From Octopus bimaculoides (Eukaryota), in contig NC_068985.1 in the NCBI RefSeq assembly GCF_001194135.2, positions 54,223,656-54,287,655 on the forward strand: DNA of 64,000 bases, read 5' to 3'. Under the pieces are notes generated by a model. The model did no database searches. It was not told the origin of the DNA and saw nothing but the letters and a program-made list of their open reading frames with translations. Positions 50,365 to 62,790 of the stretch are shown in pieces (position 1 is the first letter of the stretch; every line of letters starts with the position of its first letter). The position numbers and the translations under genes are program-made.

Positions 50365-50462
50365 TACTTACAGTGTTTGGGCTAAATTTGACATTTTTTT
50401 TTTTGTGTTTCGTCTTTTTAATTTTTTTTTTAAGAACAGCTTGATGCATTGGTGAATAGTCA

Positions 50463-51278
50463 ATGGTGTTGGAGATCATAAAGTTTATAGTTGTAGTTGA
50501 GAAAAAGTTAACTGACTTGGGGGACTGGAAGCCATCTGAATATTGGAAAATAGATACCTGTATCATAATGATTTATGCCAGGTGTCAAAATGCTGACATC
50601 ATGACTGTTTCCCGATGCTCTGTGAACACTATAAAGACTGCAAGACATGACATGGACAGCTGCAATGGAGGCTATGAAGCTGTGACCAGTAGGAAAGGAC
50701 ACAGTAGGCAACATGACAGTGTTCACATGCCAGAATTCATCCCCACAACTTTGAGCAGGGCCTTAAACTCAGTTCAGATGGCTATGTGAAGCTGCTGGAG
50801 ACTGTAGTCAATCCTTGACTGGAAAGAGTTGCTGCTGGAAGGCCATATGTGTGGTAACAGGATTCAGCTCCTTCCAGAAAGAGCCAGAGATGGTTGTCAG
50901 AAAATTTCTATAACTTCACCAGCATCAATTTCTGGCTTCTAAATTCTCCCAATTGTAATCCCATGGATTATTGCATATGGGGCACAGCTGAGAAAGACGC
51001 CAAGCATTCTGCTTGCAACACTAAGGCCAAGCTAGTGTCCAAAGATTAAGGAGGTGTTTGAATATGATCTTAGTGAGGAACACATGTACCAAGTACCAGA
51101 GTTATTTTGAGGCTCTGGTGGAAGCTGAGGGCAGCTACTTTGAGTAAATGGTCATCTTCTAGACATAATCTAGTTAATATTTTTTTCAATTTTTTAAAAA
51201 ATACATTTTATTTTTTGAAGGGATATTGTATTTTCTTTTCCTCTCATGCAAACAATCAAATTTAGCCTGAACACCCTA
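50463..51278 (+). mobile_element. Degraded DD37D-type (maT/mori-like) Tc1/mariner transposon
   Basis: RKGHSRQHDSV...PEFI N-terminus; VW*QDSAP...NSPNCNPMDYCIWG catalytic segment; end CACCCT-A-TA; left TIR not found. Confidence 0.75.
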
Positions 51279-52162
51279 TATATATATAATGGGCTGCTTT
51301 TAGTCTCGGTCAATGAAATCCACCCACAAAGCTTTGGTCAGCCAAGAGTCATAGTAGAAGATACTTGCTAAGGGTGCCATGCAATGGGACTGAAACTAAA
51401 ACCACATGATTAGGAAGCAAACTTCTTAACCACACAGCTATGCCTGTCTGTGCCTATGTTCTAGAATCTTGCATGTTGCTCTCAGTTCCAACAGATATAC
51501 TTAAGAACAAATCCTCACTTCTCTTTTTTACACAACGCTCACGACAAAACCCCTCAAAATATTTCTGCTGATTTGCTACAGATCTGCCTTCAATGTGCAA
51601 GGCTTTTCCTATAGATCATACAACCTAATGGTTCTTATGCAGAGAAATCTCTTTTGTCATGAAATTATTTCTACCCAATTTACATTAGACACTAATTAGA
51701 TTACCTAGGTAAGATAACCTAACTACCATTTGCAGTTACTGCCAGTAATCATAGGTGCATATAGTGCAGTTCAAATATGCAGCCAGACTATTCACATTAC
51801 ATAGTTAATATATATATGATGTTATGAATATATCATGCTATAATCCTTATTCACTAATCATTGCACAAGATAGAGGATATAGAGTTACTACATTGATAAT
51901 ATAATGAAGACAGGGAAAAGAGGTGTTATGCAGATCTGGAGTAATTTAATAAACAAGTAGATAAATCTATGTAAGTTATGATAACATTAAAGAATGAAGA
52001 CCATTATAAATTTGATGGTGGTGATGATAACATCAATTAATTTTGATAAAATAAATTTTGTTGGCTTGGAAACATTAAGTTACAAGTCACATCAATCTGA
52101 AAAAAAATCTTTATGAAAATGAAACCATTTTTTATAAATGAAAGCAAAATGTCTTGACTTAC

Positions 52163-52220
52163 ATTTGATGAGGTTGACAACTTCAATGTGGTTTAAACTT
52201 AATGCTGAAGTACCATTCAC
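52163..52220 (-). CDS. ARHGEF12: 58-nt internal exon encoding the PDZ C-terminal half (VNGTSALSLNHIEVVNLIK); PDZ-RhoGEF/LARG (ARHGEF11/12, RhoGEF2)-like
   Basis: Strong acceptor TTCTTTTTCTCATATTCTACAG and donor GTAAGT, phases 0/1; peptide resembles LARG VNGTLVTHSNHLEVVKLIKS. Exon call is strong; the symbol is tentative (about 0.6) because ARHGEF11 and 12 cannot be separated and other PDZ genes are not excluded. Confidence 0.8.
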
Positions 52221-53137
52221 CTGTAGAATATGAGAAAAAGAACAATCAAAATTATCTTTGAACCAAATAGGAAGCACCAAATTGGAGAGGAACATCTGTA
52301 TTGAATCCCTCTCAATGAAATGAATGAAGATTTTTTTTAAGTACAAGTCTTTTGTTTTGTTTGTTAGTTTTTTTTCAAAAGCAAAATTACAAGAATTTGT
52401 CATTACTTCTTTATAATGAAGTATTTGCAATTCAGGAATGAAAAACAAATTTAATATACTGCCATTTTATTTCAGTAAAATTATAGAAGAGTGTAATAAC
52501 ATAATATTTTCAGGATTTTCTTGTAACAGTTTGGAGAGAGAGAGAGAGAAAGAGAGAGAGAGAAAGAGAGACAGACAGACAAACAGACAGCAGACAGACA
52601 AACAGACAGCAGACAGACAAACAGACAGCAGACAGACAAACAGACAGCAGACAGACAGACAGACAGAGGTTTTGCTCCCGGCCTTCATGCATCCTCTGTC
52701 AGATCTATACAGTTGATGCTCTCCGACAACTGCAAATTCACAGCCACAACAAAAACATGAGTAGTAAAGGAGTTCCAGAAGACTGATGTTCTGAAGGGGG
52801 AAGGCGTGGGTGTAGTGACTAGTGCAAAGCCTGGGGGTAGAAAAGGGAAAGAGCAAAATATAGGAGACAGGTGAGTCAAATGAATTTGAGTGAACATGGC
52901 ATAAGATCAGTTAGCTCCAAGAAGAGAGGGTACTGTTGTAGCAGTAAAAAAGACAGTGAAGGTACAGCATATCTAGGCCAAAAGATACCAGGGTGAGTGA
53001 CTTCATGTCAAGCAGTCAGGAGGCTTTTTTTTATTTCAGTTTATTTTTACTTTTTATTTGGGATGAAGTCAAGGATGCTTACAGATTTGTACAAATCATT
53101 ACTGTCACTGTCATTATCAACCTCCTAATCCTCTCTG

Positions 53138-53650
53138 TCATCATTGTGTAACATCCACTTCACCATGTTTACATTGGTTAGACAGAATTTGTTGAGGCAG
53201 ATTTCCTACAACTGGGTGGTCTTCCTATCATCAACCCTCAGCTGTTTCCAAGCAAGGTAGTATTTACCCCATGGCCAGACATGTTTCTCAGAGAAGACTA
53301 GAAACAAGCAACATCACTTGTATGATGATGCTCATTTACAACCATTTCATGATGTCAAGAAAAGGGTACACATGCAAGCATGCATGCGTGTATGTATGCA
53401 CATGTATGTAGATATATGTGCGTGTGTGTATATATATATATGTGTGTGTGTATTTATATATGTTGTATCTGTGTGTGTATATACATGTATGTATGTATAT
53501 GTGTATGTGTGTATGCTGGGCTTCCTTCAGTTTCTATTTGCCAGAACTCACTCACAGTAAGGAACTATAGCAGAGGACACTTGCTCAAGGTGCCACACAG
53601 TGGGACTGTACTCAAGACTGCATACTAGGGGAACAAGCTTCTTAACTGCA
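53138..53650 (-). mobile_element. SINE with family A head and RTE-derived tail
   Basis: Family A head (GGACACTTGCTCAAGGTGCCACACAGTGGGACT) joined via microsatellite to a body ending in RTE-like CTTCCTATCATCAACC...CATCCACTT. Confidence 0.75.
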
Positions 53651-54516
53651 GACACGTATGAATGATGATGATAAGATCATCTAGGATTAAGCATTTACAA
53701 ATACAATTTGAAAGATGTGAAAGAAAAATACCAACATCAATATCCTTGATCTGTCATACAAAACAAAATTTTCCTGTTTGATCGATGCATTTTGAGAAGA
53801 ATTTATAACAATAAGAACTTGCCTTTCTGTCTTTTGAGAAAACTGAACCATCTTATTCAGTCAATGGTACTTTTGAATAAAATGGTAGAATATAATCATC
53901 ATCATTTAACAACCATATTCCATACTAGCACAGACTGGCTAGTTTCACAGGAAATGATGAGTTCAAGGATTGCATTATGCTCCGCTGTCTGTTTCAGAAG
54001 GTTTCAACTGTTGAATGCCCTTCCTAACACCAACCACTTTACATTATGTCCTGGATACTTTTATCATGACCCCAACCTTAGTGAAGTCGCCATGTAGCTT
54101 GCAAGATTATGAAACCCAAGAAAGGTGGCTTTTATGCTAACAGATGATGGGTTGAAGTATGAGAGAAGGAGCCTGAGGAGAGCAGGTTTCTTGCTATAAA
54201 GGAGCTACATGGCTACTCAAATTATAGAAGAGTGAGGGTAGTGATGACAAGGATGGAGCTGGGAAGAGATAAAAATAGTGGTGATGGGGTAACTGGGTGA
54301 ACCTTCAAGTACAAGCGGAGAAAGTGTGAGTGGGGACAGAGGAACCAGGAGTGAGGGTGAATATGGGTTGCAGGTTGGTATGGGAGATGGCGGTGACAAT
54401 GATGAAAGTATACTTGTCATCAATATATTAGAATAAATATATCTATCTACACACACACAAGCCTATCACATGAAGCATCAATGTGTACATGGGTGTGTGT
54501 GTGTGTGTATATATAT

Positions 54517-54697
54517 NNNNNNNNNNNNNNNNNNNNNNNNNNNNNNNNNNNNNNNNNNNNNNNNNNNNNNNNNNNNNNNNNNNNNNNNNNNNNNNNNNNN
54601 NNNNNNNNNNNNNNNNNNNNNNNNNNNNNNNNNNNNNNNNNNNNNNNNNNNNNNNNNNNNNNNNNNNNNNNNNNNNNNNNNNNNNNNNNNNNNNNNN
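54517..54697. other. Assembly gap within (TA)n
   Basis: Ns in sequence. Confidence 1.
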
Positions 54698-54777
54698 TAA
54701 TATATAATATATATATATATATATAATATATAATATATATATATATATATCATCTTTGAAGAATGGCTTCTGATTTA

Positions 54778-55014
54778 GGCACAAGGCCAGCAAATTTGAA
54801 GGGGGGGAATTAGCTGATATCATCAAGCCTAGTACTTGACTGGGGAGAAAGTAAGTGAATTATATTGACTCCAGTATTCAGCTGGTACTTGTTTTATCAA
54901 GAAAGAAAGGCAAAGTCAACATCAGCAGAATTTGAACTCAGAACATGAAGACAGACAAAATACCACTAAGCATTTTGCCTGGCATGCTAATGGTTCTGTC
55001 AGTTCACTGCCTTA
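54778..55014 (-). mobile_element. SINE family B
   Basis: GGCACAAGGCCAGC...GGCAAAGTCAAC...AATTTGAACTCAGAAC...CACTGCCTTA. Confidence 0.8.
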
Positions 55015-55124
55015 AATTGTGTATATACAATATGTGATATAATGTGTGCATGTGTGCACAAATATGTGTATGTGTGTGCACATACGTGTGCCAAAATTTG
55101 AAATCATTATATATATATATATAC

Positions 55125-55161
<37 letters not shown>

Positions 55162-56520
55162 CGATGCCCCACTTTCAGCTTCTGTGTACCAAGTTTGCTC
55201 GCAAGACTTTGGTTGGCCTGCAGTTACAGTAGAAGTATATAAGGTGCTACACAGTGAGACTGAACCCCAAATCACATAGATGGGAAGTGAACTTCTTAAC
55301 CATACATCCAATCATACTTGCACCCACATACATATGGACAGATACACACATATACATACAAACACATGAACATGCATACATAAGTGTGTATGTATGTCTT
55401 CTATGCTGGACATCACATACTGACTGTTAACAAACACCACTGTCGTAACAAATAGTGCTATTCATTTGCAATCTTTCATAAAAATCTATCTAGCCATTCT
55501 CTGGTCCATGCTTGAAGGACAAGGAAATATTTCTTTACTTGGAAGCAGGTGGTGACTGGCAAGAAGGGCGTCCAGTGATAGAAAATCAGCTTTAATGAAT
55601 CTTGTCCAACCCATGCATGCAAAACAACAGCAAAAATAATAACGATGTCTACATGTGTGTGGATGTGTCTGTAAACCAATTTTTATATAAATAAATATAT
55701 ATATATTATAGAGGTATGTATGTATGTGTGTACATGTGTATGCATATGTGTGTGCATGTATGCATGTGTGTGTGGCTATCTCTCTATCTAGACTCACACA
55801 CACGCATGAAAATTATAGTAATTACTAGTCAACAAACACAGTTGATTTCAAAGAAATTATAGATTTTTCTTCACCATTGTTGGAACAATTAAATTATCTA
55901 AATTCATAAATGGGTTTAATGTAAAGTTAATGATGTTATGAGGTATCTGATGGGACATAAACTTCAACATATGAAAAAATGATAAACCTAGTTTGACAAA
56001 TACAGCATACCAGACTTTATTGCAATTAGACAATATCAAATTACATACACAATCAAATCAGAGCAAAAAGTCTGAGTGCAAAGCAATTTTGATTTTAATT
56101 CACAGCTATATTGTATGTATATGAGAATAAATAATGTATGACAAAGCAAGTGTGACTAGATCTCTCTAAAAGTAGTCGTAGACATATGTCTAACAGTGAA
56201 GTTTAATGCTAACTATATTAAAATTACTTGATCCATAGTCGGTTCATGTTTGTCCAAACCTTGGTGTTATTATGGACAATCGTGGGTCTTTCAATCAACA
56301 TATCAATTAAATAGGCAGCCACTCCATTTTTGTTTTAAATAATATGAAAAACTTCAGGAAATTTCAAACTTTTTACCAGAGCAAATTTCTTGACAATTTT
56401 ATTATGGTTTCCAAAATTAACTATTCTAATTCTTCCTTTTCTCTAGATTCTCCAAACAACATGGAATATGTAAAATCTTCAAAACAATTTAACTCAAGCC
56501 ACTGCTATGACAACCTTTAA

Positions 56521-56730
56521 CCCGTTAGTGTTTAAACTCAGCCATTTCAGGCCCAAATACTTTACATTTTATGACCAGATCTGATCCCTGTTATCTATCC
56601 TACAATATCATTTTAAAAATAAACAATCACATCATCAAAATTTTGAAGCTATGAGATAATGTATGATTAATTCAAAACAATATGAATAAATAAGCATTAC
56701 ATTTCAGAGAGTATTCTGAATGCTGAAGGG
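56521..56730. mobile_element. piggyBac-like MITE (second copy)
   Basis: TTAA|CCCGTTAG...TGCTGAAGGG|TTAC; homologous to 29845-30021. Confidence 0.7.
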
Positions 56731-56783
56731 TTACAAAAGAGCACATCTTACACATTGGCAAGCATACATTAGTAACTAATAAT

Positions 56784-57145
56784 AGTTTCAAATTTTGGCA
56801 CAAGGCCAGCAAGTTCAGGGGAGGGATTAAGTTGATTACATCAACCCCCCCGTGTTCAACTGGTACTTATTTTATCAAACTCAAAAGAATGAAAGGCAAA
56901 GTTGCCTACATTGGCATTTGAACTCTGAACGTAGACAGCTGAAATGCTGCTAGGTATTTCTCCCAATGTGCTAACAATTCTGCTAGCTTGACACCTTAAA
57001 ATATTGGTTTCAAATTTTGGCACAAATTTGAACTTAGAATGTAGAGACAAAACTCAGCAGAATTTGAACTCAGAATGTAGAAACAAAAGAAATGCTGCTA
57101 AGCATTTTGTCCAGCATGCTAATGATTCTGCTAGCTCACTGCCTT
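56784..57145 (-). mobile_element. SINE family B dimer flanked by an 18-bp direct repeat
   Basis: ACATT(A/G)GT(A/T)ACTAATAAT at 56766-56783 and 57146-57163. Confidence 0.75.
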
Positions 57146-57167
57146 ACATTGGTTACTAATAATGTAA

Positions 57168-57562
57168 GAGCACAGGCATAGATGTGTAGTTAGGAAGTTT
57201 GCTTCCAGCCCAAAAGGTTTGGGTCCAGTCCCACTACATAGCACCTTGAGCAAGTATCTTCTACTATTGCCTTGCAATGAGCAAAGCCTCATGAGTGGAT
57301 TTGGTAGGCAGAAAATGAAAGCCCATCATGTGTGTGTCTCCCTCTCTCCTAGTCTTGATATCGTGTGATTGTTGTAAATGGATGTCATTCATTTCCAATA
57401 TACAGTGGAAATATGTTTGGCCATGGAGGAAATATTACCATGCTTGGACAGAGGTGTAGGTTGGCAACAGGAAGGACATCCAGCCATAAACTCCATGCAA
57501 GCATGGAAAAATGGACATTGAAACAATGATAACAATGTTGTTGGTGATGTTGATTATGATGA
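57168..57562 (+). mobile_element. SINE with family A head and RTE-derived tail
   Basis: A-type head, then GGTTGGCAACAGGAAGGACATCCAGCC...GCATGGAAAAATGGACATT and (GAT)-like tail. Confidence 0.7.
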
Positions 57563-58155
57563 CACGTATATATACATTGCTTCTTTATCAACCGTATCAT
57601 ATAGCCTATGATAAACAAGGAAGTGGTACTTGCCGCTATTTCAAATGTTACCACAAACATATTTCTCAGTAAAAGTCTACAACACCGAAAGGTACCCACA
57701 AAACTGATTAACATGAAACTCCAGAGAATCAGAGATAAAATCTAGAGATAAAAATAATTACTTAATGCAACACTGATAACACGATTCATCTTTAAGTGCT
57801 GATAAATAGATAAATATACAAATACAAAAAAAAATACTTAATTAGAAATCTTATAAAGATTCAAAAAAGGAAACAAGTGAAATTAGCTCTTTTTATTCTA
57901 TGTTGCATAAATTTCTTCAATTAAAGATTACACAAATATGAAAATTCAGAACAAAATTCTGACAACAGATGTTTTACGTGGAACTGGTTATCGTTGCCTC
58001 CTCACATGAATCAGTCAGCTTGTTAATTATTTGCAGCTAAATTAACTAAAATATTGTGTCTTGCCTTAGGTGACAATATGAATTTGCATGTTGCTCAATT
58101 CAAAAGTACATCACCTCAAAAATCTCAGCTGCTACATTCACATCGGTTTGTTAAA

Positions 58156-58540
58156 AGGTGGCTCTGTGGTTAAGAAATTCACTTTACAACCAAGTGGTGT
58201 CAGGTTCAATCTCACTGCTACTGCACACCACCTTGGGCAACTGTCTTCTATTATAGTCATGGGTTGATCAATGCCTTGTGAGTGAATCTGGTTGATGGAA
58301 ACTATGTGGAAGCATGTTGTGCGAGTGTGTCTTTGTGTTTGTGCACCCTCTCTTCTGTCACCATTTGACAGTTATTGTTGGTTTGTTTATGTCCTTGTAA
58401 TGTAAAGTAGTGCTGCAAAAGAGATTAATCAAATAGATAAGATACCAGACTTGAAAATAAGTATTGGGGTTGATTCTTTCAACTACACCCTTCTTATATT
58501 TATCTAGGCTGTTTAACCAGTGATTCCAGTAAGCTAAAAT
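58156..58540 (+). mobile_element. SINE family A (older copy)
   Basis: TGGCTCTGTGG A-box, GGTTCAATCTC B-box, CACCTTGGGCAACTGTCTT. Confidence 0.75.
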
Positions 58541-58924
58541 AGCAATCATTGTTTATGGTGCTCTTTTTGAATTTATGGTGCTCTTTTTGAATTTATGCCT
58601 CCACACCTACAATCATTTATGTTATTTAGGCAATGAAGACATTTCCACAAAACTGAAACAATGGAATAAAACTGGTTTTATACTGAGGTCAAGGTTAGAG
58701 CCAGGGGTTAAGAAATGCCCACAGGACTAACAAAAGCATTTTAATAAATAACAGTACAAAAACAAAAACAACAAAAAAAAACAAACATAAGTTTTAAGTT
58801 GTGGTAAACACGAATATATATAATCAAGTAAACTGGGATGGAGACTGCTTAACCAAATTACTGTATTTGAGTGCATAAAAAGATGTGTGGATATATGAGA
58901 TGTTCCTTCGATTTCAGCAGTACA

Positions 58925-59352
58925 TACTCTCTTTACTCTTTTACTTGTTTCAGTTATTTGACTGCGGCCATGCTGGAGCACAGCCTTTGGTCGAGCAAAT
59001 CGACCCCAGGACTTATTCTTTGGAAGCCTAGTACTTATTCTATCGGTCTCTTTTGCCGAACCGCTAAGTTACGGGGACGTAAACACACCAGCATCGGTTG
59101 TCAAGCGATGTTGGGGGGACAAACACAGACACACAAACACACACATATATATATATATTTATATATATATATATACATATACATATATACGATGGGCTTT
59201 TTTCAGTTTCTGTCTACCAAATCCACTCACAAGGCTTTGGTCAGCTCGAGGCTATAGTAGAAGACACTTGCCCAAGGTGCCACACAGTGGGACTGAACCC
59301 GGAACCATGTGGTTGGTAGGCAAGCTACTTACCACACAACCACTCCTGCACC
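58925..59352 (-). mobile_element. SINE family A, young full-length copy
   Basis: Tail TACTCTCTTTACTCTTTTAC, CpG-rich body, head ending CTCCTGCACC. Confidence 0.95.
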
Positions 59353-59880
59353 TATAGAAAAAAAAAAACCTTTTTGGTGTATTAAAGCTTGTGGGAAGTC
59401 CAACTTTGCATATAGGACCCAGGATAATATTTTTGACACATTTTTGGGTGAAAAAAGTTTTTTATGACATCATATAGGGTATGTACAATGAAACAGAAGA
59501 AGACAAATTCACCAGAAGATTTCTCAATTACAAAAAACAAGATTTTGTCGACAACACAGGGCAACATGACAATTTCTCATCATTCACTCATTCATTCATT
59601 CAACATCTGTATTTTTTTTTCATACTAGGAAGGGTTTGGATGGGGAGTTACTTGAAGCAGAACTTTATGGCTTGATGCTCTTCCTGTCAGTAACCCTTAT
59701 CTGTTTTTGAAGTAATTTTATTATTCCACAAATTTATAAATAGCACAAACCAGCAGGTCATAATGTCAACAAGGAACACCAACATCAGCACTGCTCCAAT
59801 CAAGCAGTGACAGTGTAGAACATAAATATACACATACAATCACTCACATGAGTGCATTTATATGTAAATATATATATATA

Positions 59881-60098
59881 TCATCATCATCATCGTTTAA
59901 CGTCCGCTTTCCATGCTAGCATGGGTTCGACGATTTGACTGAGGACTGTTGAACCGGATGGCTGCACCAGGCTCCAATCTGATCTGGCAGAGTTTCTACA
60001 GCTGGATGCCCTTCCTAACACTAACCACTCTGAGAGTGTAGTGGGTGCTTTTATGTGCCACCGGCACGAAGGCCAGTCAGGAGGTACTGGCAACGGCC
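59881..60098 (-). mobile_element. Young RTE 3' UTR/tail copy
   Basis: Highly similar to 17064-17290. Confidence 0.85.
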
Positions 60099-60755
60099 CA
60101 CACATGCATACATATACATACAACCATTTTTAGCACTGGTGGCATGAAATAAGTACCCAGTACATGCTACAAGTGGTTGTTGTCAAGAAGGGCATCATCA
60201 AGTCATAAAAACCATGCTAAAGCAGACACTGGAGTACATTGCAGTCATTGGGACCATCAAATCCTGTCAAACCATCCAACATATGTCAGCATGATGATGA
60301 TAATGATGACATACATGCACATGTCAAAGATCAAAGTTTTAGTAAGTAGGAAAATAGATAGCACTTTGTTTCCATCAGGGAAATGGCCTTACTTGATATG
60401 TAGGAAAAGTATAGGTAGAAATTCTACAAGGCATGTCTAAAGCAGCTGTGGACATACAAGAAATCCAGTGGTGTAGCTTTATTCAACCCCACCACCATAC
60501 TTATTATTCAACTCCGCTCTCTAACCCTAATCCTCACAATACCTTATGAAATGAGGGATTAGTATCCCCATCATTACACTTAGCCACTCCCTCTCCTCTA
60601 AGATACTTATGATTGGCATACACCACACTTCGATTATCATTACCCACCTCTACAACTGTCCATCAATCACTCACCCTTTTACCATTAAACAAGTAGTTGC
60701 CATCACTGCCTCTCTCCCATTAACTCCTGGTATTATTGTTTTTCTCTTCTATTAC

Positions 60756-60964
60756 TTTTGCCTGGCATGCTCACAATTCTGCCAGCTCACCACCTTACAA
60801 AGCATATATAATGCAAGGTAGCAATGCAACTCCTGTACAGCAAGATACTTGTTTCTGTCCTTTCTTTCATATTTTACCTTCTCAACACTTAGCGAAGGGT
60901 GCTTTTTAAGTGTTGCAATTTTCATGGTGACCTCACTGGTGCTGTCACCATGAAAAACAAAAAG
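60756..60964 (+). repeat. 209-bp direct duplication, copy 1 (probable inserted copy)
   Basis: Identical by eye to 62582-62790; offset 1826 bp. Confidence 0.95.
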
Positions 60965-61541
60965 CTACTGTTACACACTCCTCTATCATCAATCCCCTTT
61001 CACACTAATAAATATATTACTCCTATCATACTTTCCTTTATCTCACTAGCTTTAAAACTTCATCTTCTGTCATCCCACTCTCTTTTCATCTCCTTAGCAA
61101 AGTGGAAACTATTCAGTATTGTGATTTACATGACAACCTCACTGGTGCTGGTGCCATGATAACATGCACTGGTTCATGCAATGAAGTGGTTGGCAAATTC
61201 GGCAGAGATAATGTAGGGTTGAGAGGACCCTTTAGTCTTGTTGAAGACAAGACATTCTCTCTAGTGTTGGTGCCAAAGTAAAATATATCCAGTTCACTCT
61301 GTAAAGTGATTGGTGATAGGAGTGGCATCCAGTCATAGGAACCATGCTAAAATGGAGTTGTCTGAGCAAGATTTGGTGCTTTAAGCCATCTATGAACACA
61401 GTAATTCCAAATAAGAACAGCTCAAATTGTGACAGTCTGTCTAACCCATTGCTGTACAGGCAAACTGATTTAAAAATGAAGATGATAATTGAATAGTTCT
61501 GTGTATATGTATGTGTGAATGCACATATATGTGTATGCATA

Positions 61542-61586
<45 letters not shown>

Positions 61587-62042
61587 GGGTGTGCGTGCGT
61601 GCGTGCGCGCGCGCATGCAAACAGGTATACTTATATGTACATGTTACTATGTCTTAAAATCTGAAATGATTTAAGCCAAAGTTTAGCAATAATTAAACCC
61701 AAGTAATTTAGTTTATCATTCCACTATGATTTCACCTAACATCTGTTTTTTATGTTTACAAGATTTAAATAAAAGTATGAGATCATCAGTAAAGCCGTCA
61801 GTAGCCACAATATACAGTAAGAGCTAATTACATTGGGTGTACAAGAGCCGCAGAGAAAAAGAGATTGAACATTTTTTCAACAGTTGTAGTATTTAAGCAC
61901 ACAGGAGGGTGGAATTTAGAGAGTGTGAGAGAAAGAGAGAGGGTGAAAGATGGTAGGAGTGATGTGAGAAGGGAGTAAGAGAAGGTGAGTGAGAAGCAAA
62001 TTAGAAAATGAAAAAGGAGGAAGAAAATGTGTCCATGTGAGA

Positions 62043-62079
<37 letters not shown>

Positions 62080-62425
62080 AGAACAAACTAACAGGGAGGG
62101 AGAGAGCATGAATAAGGACTGTAAGAGAAAGGAGGAGGATCAGAATGAAAAATGAAACAAAAAATGAAAATAGGAAGCAGGGAAATACAGAGACAGGAGT
62201 AGTGTGTAAATAAGAGAGGTCTGCCTCGAAAGGGTCTGGTTGATCAAATCAACCCAGTACATATTTTAAGTCAGGTACTTACTTCCTTTATCAATCTCTT
62301 CTTGATGAAGCACTCAGTTAAAAGGACATAAACAAACCAAAATCGGTTGTCAAGCAATGAGAGATCAATGCAAACATACATGCATACACACATACACAAC
62401 GCATATATAATCCTTTCTATTTATA

Positions 62426-62623
62426 GGCACAAGGCCTGAAATTTGGGATGAGGGGGCTAGTTGATTATATCAACCCCAGTGCTCAACTGGTACTTATTTT
62501 ATTGACCCTGAAAGGATGAAAGGTAAAGTCGACTATGTCGGAATTTGAACTCAGAATGTAGAGACAAAGTACTGCTAAGCATTTTGCCTGGCATGCTCAC
62601 AATTCTGCCAGCTCACCACCTTA
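62426..62623 (-). mobile_element. SINE family B
   Basis: Full family B consensus; its head is the part captured in the 60756 duplicate. Confidence 0.8.
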
Positions 62624-62790
62624 CAAAGCATATATAATGCAAGGTAGCAATGCAACTCCTGTACAGCAAGATACTTGTTTCTGTCCTTTCTTTCATATTT
62701 TACCTTCTCAACACTTAGCGAAGGGTGCTTTTTAAGTGTTGCAATTTTCATGGTGACCTCACTGGTGCTGTCACCATGAAAAACAAAAAG
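62582..62790 (+). repeat. 209-bp direct duplication, copy 2 (probable donor)
   Basis: Continuous with SINE B on the left and an RTE 3' UTR on the right. Confidence 0.95.

Noticed and set aside
52092-52448. 118-aa minus-strand ORF as a whole gene
   Set aside because: Only the 58-nt spliced exon has protein similarity; the rest is intron read-through.
56257-56310. NLGVIMDNRGSFNQHI, resembling a LINE RT C-terminal motif
   Set aside because: Too short, with no flanking support.
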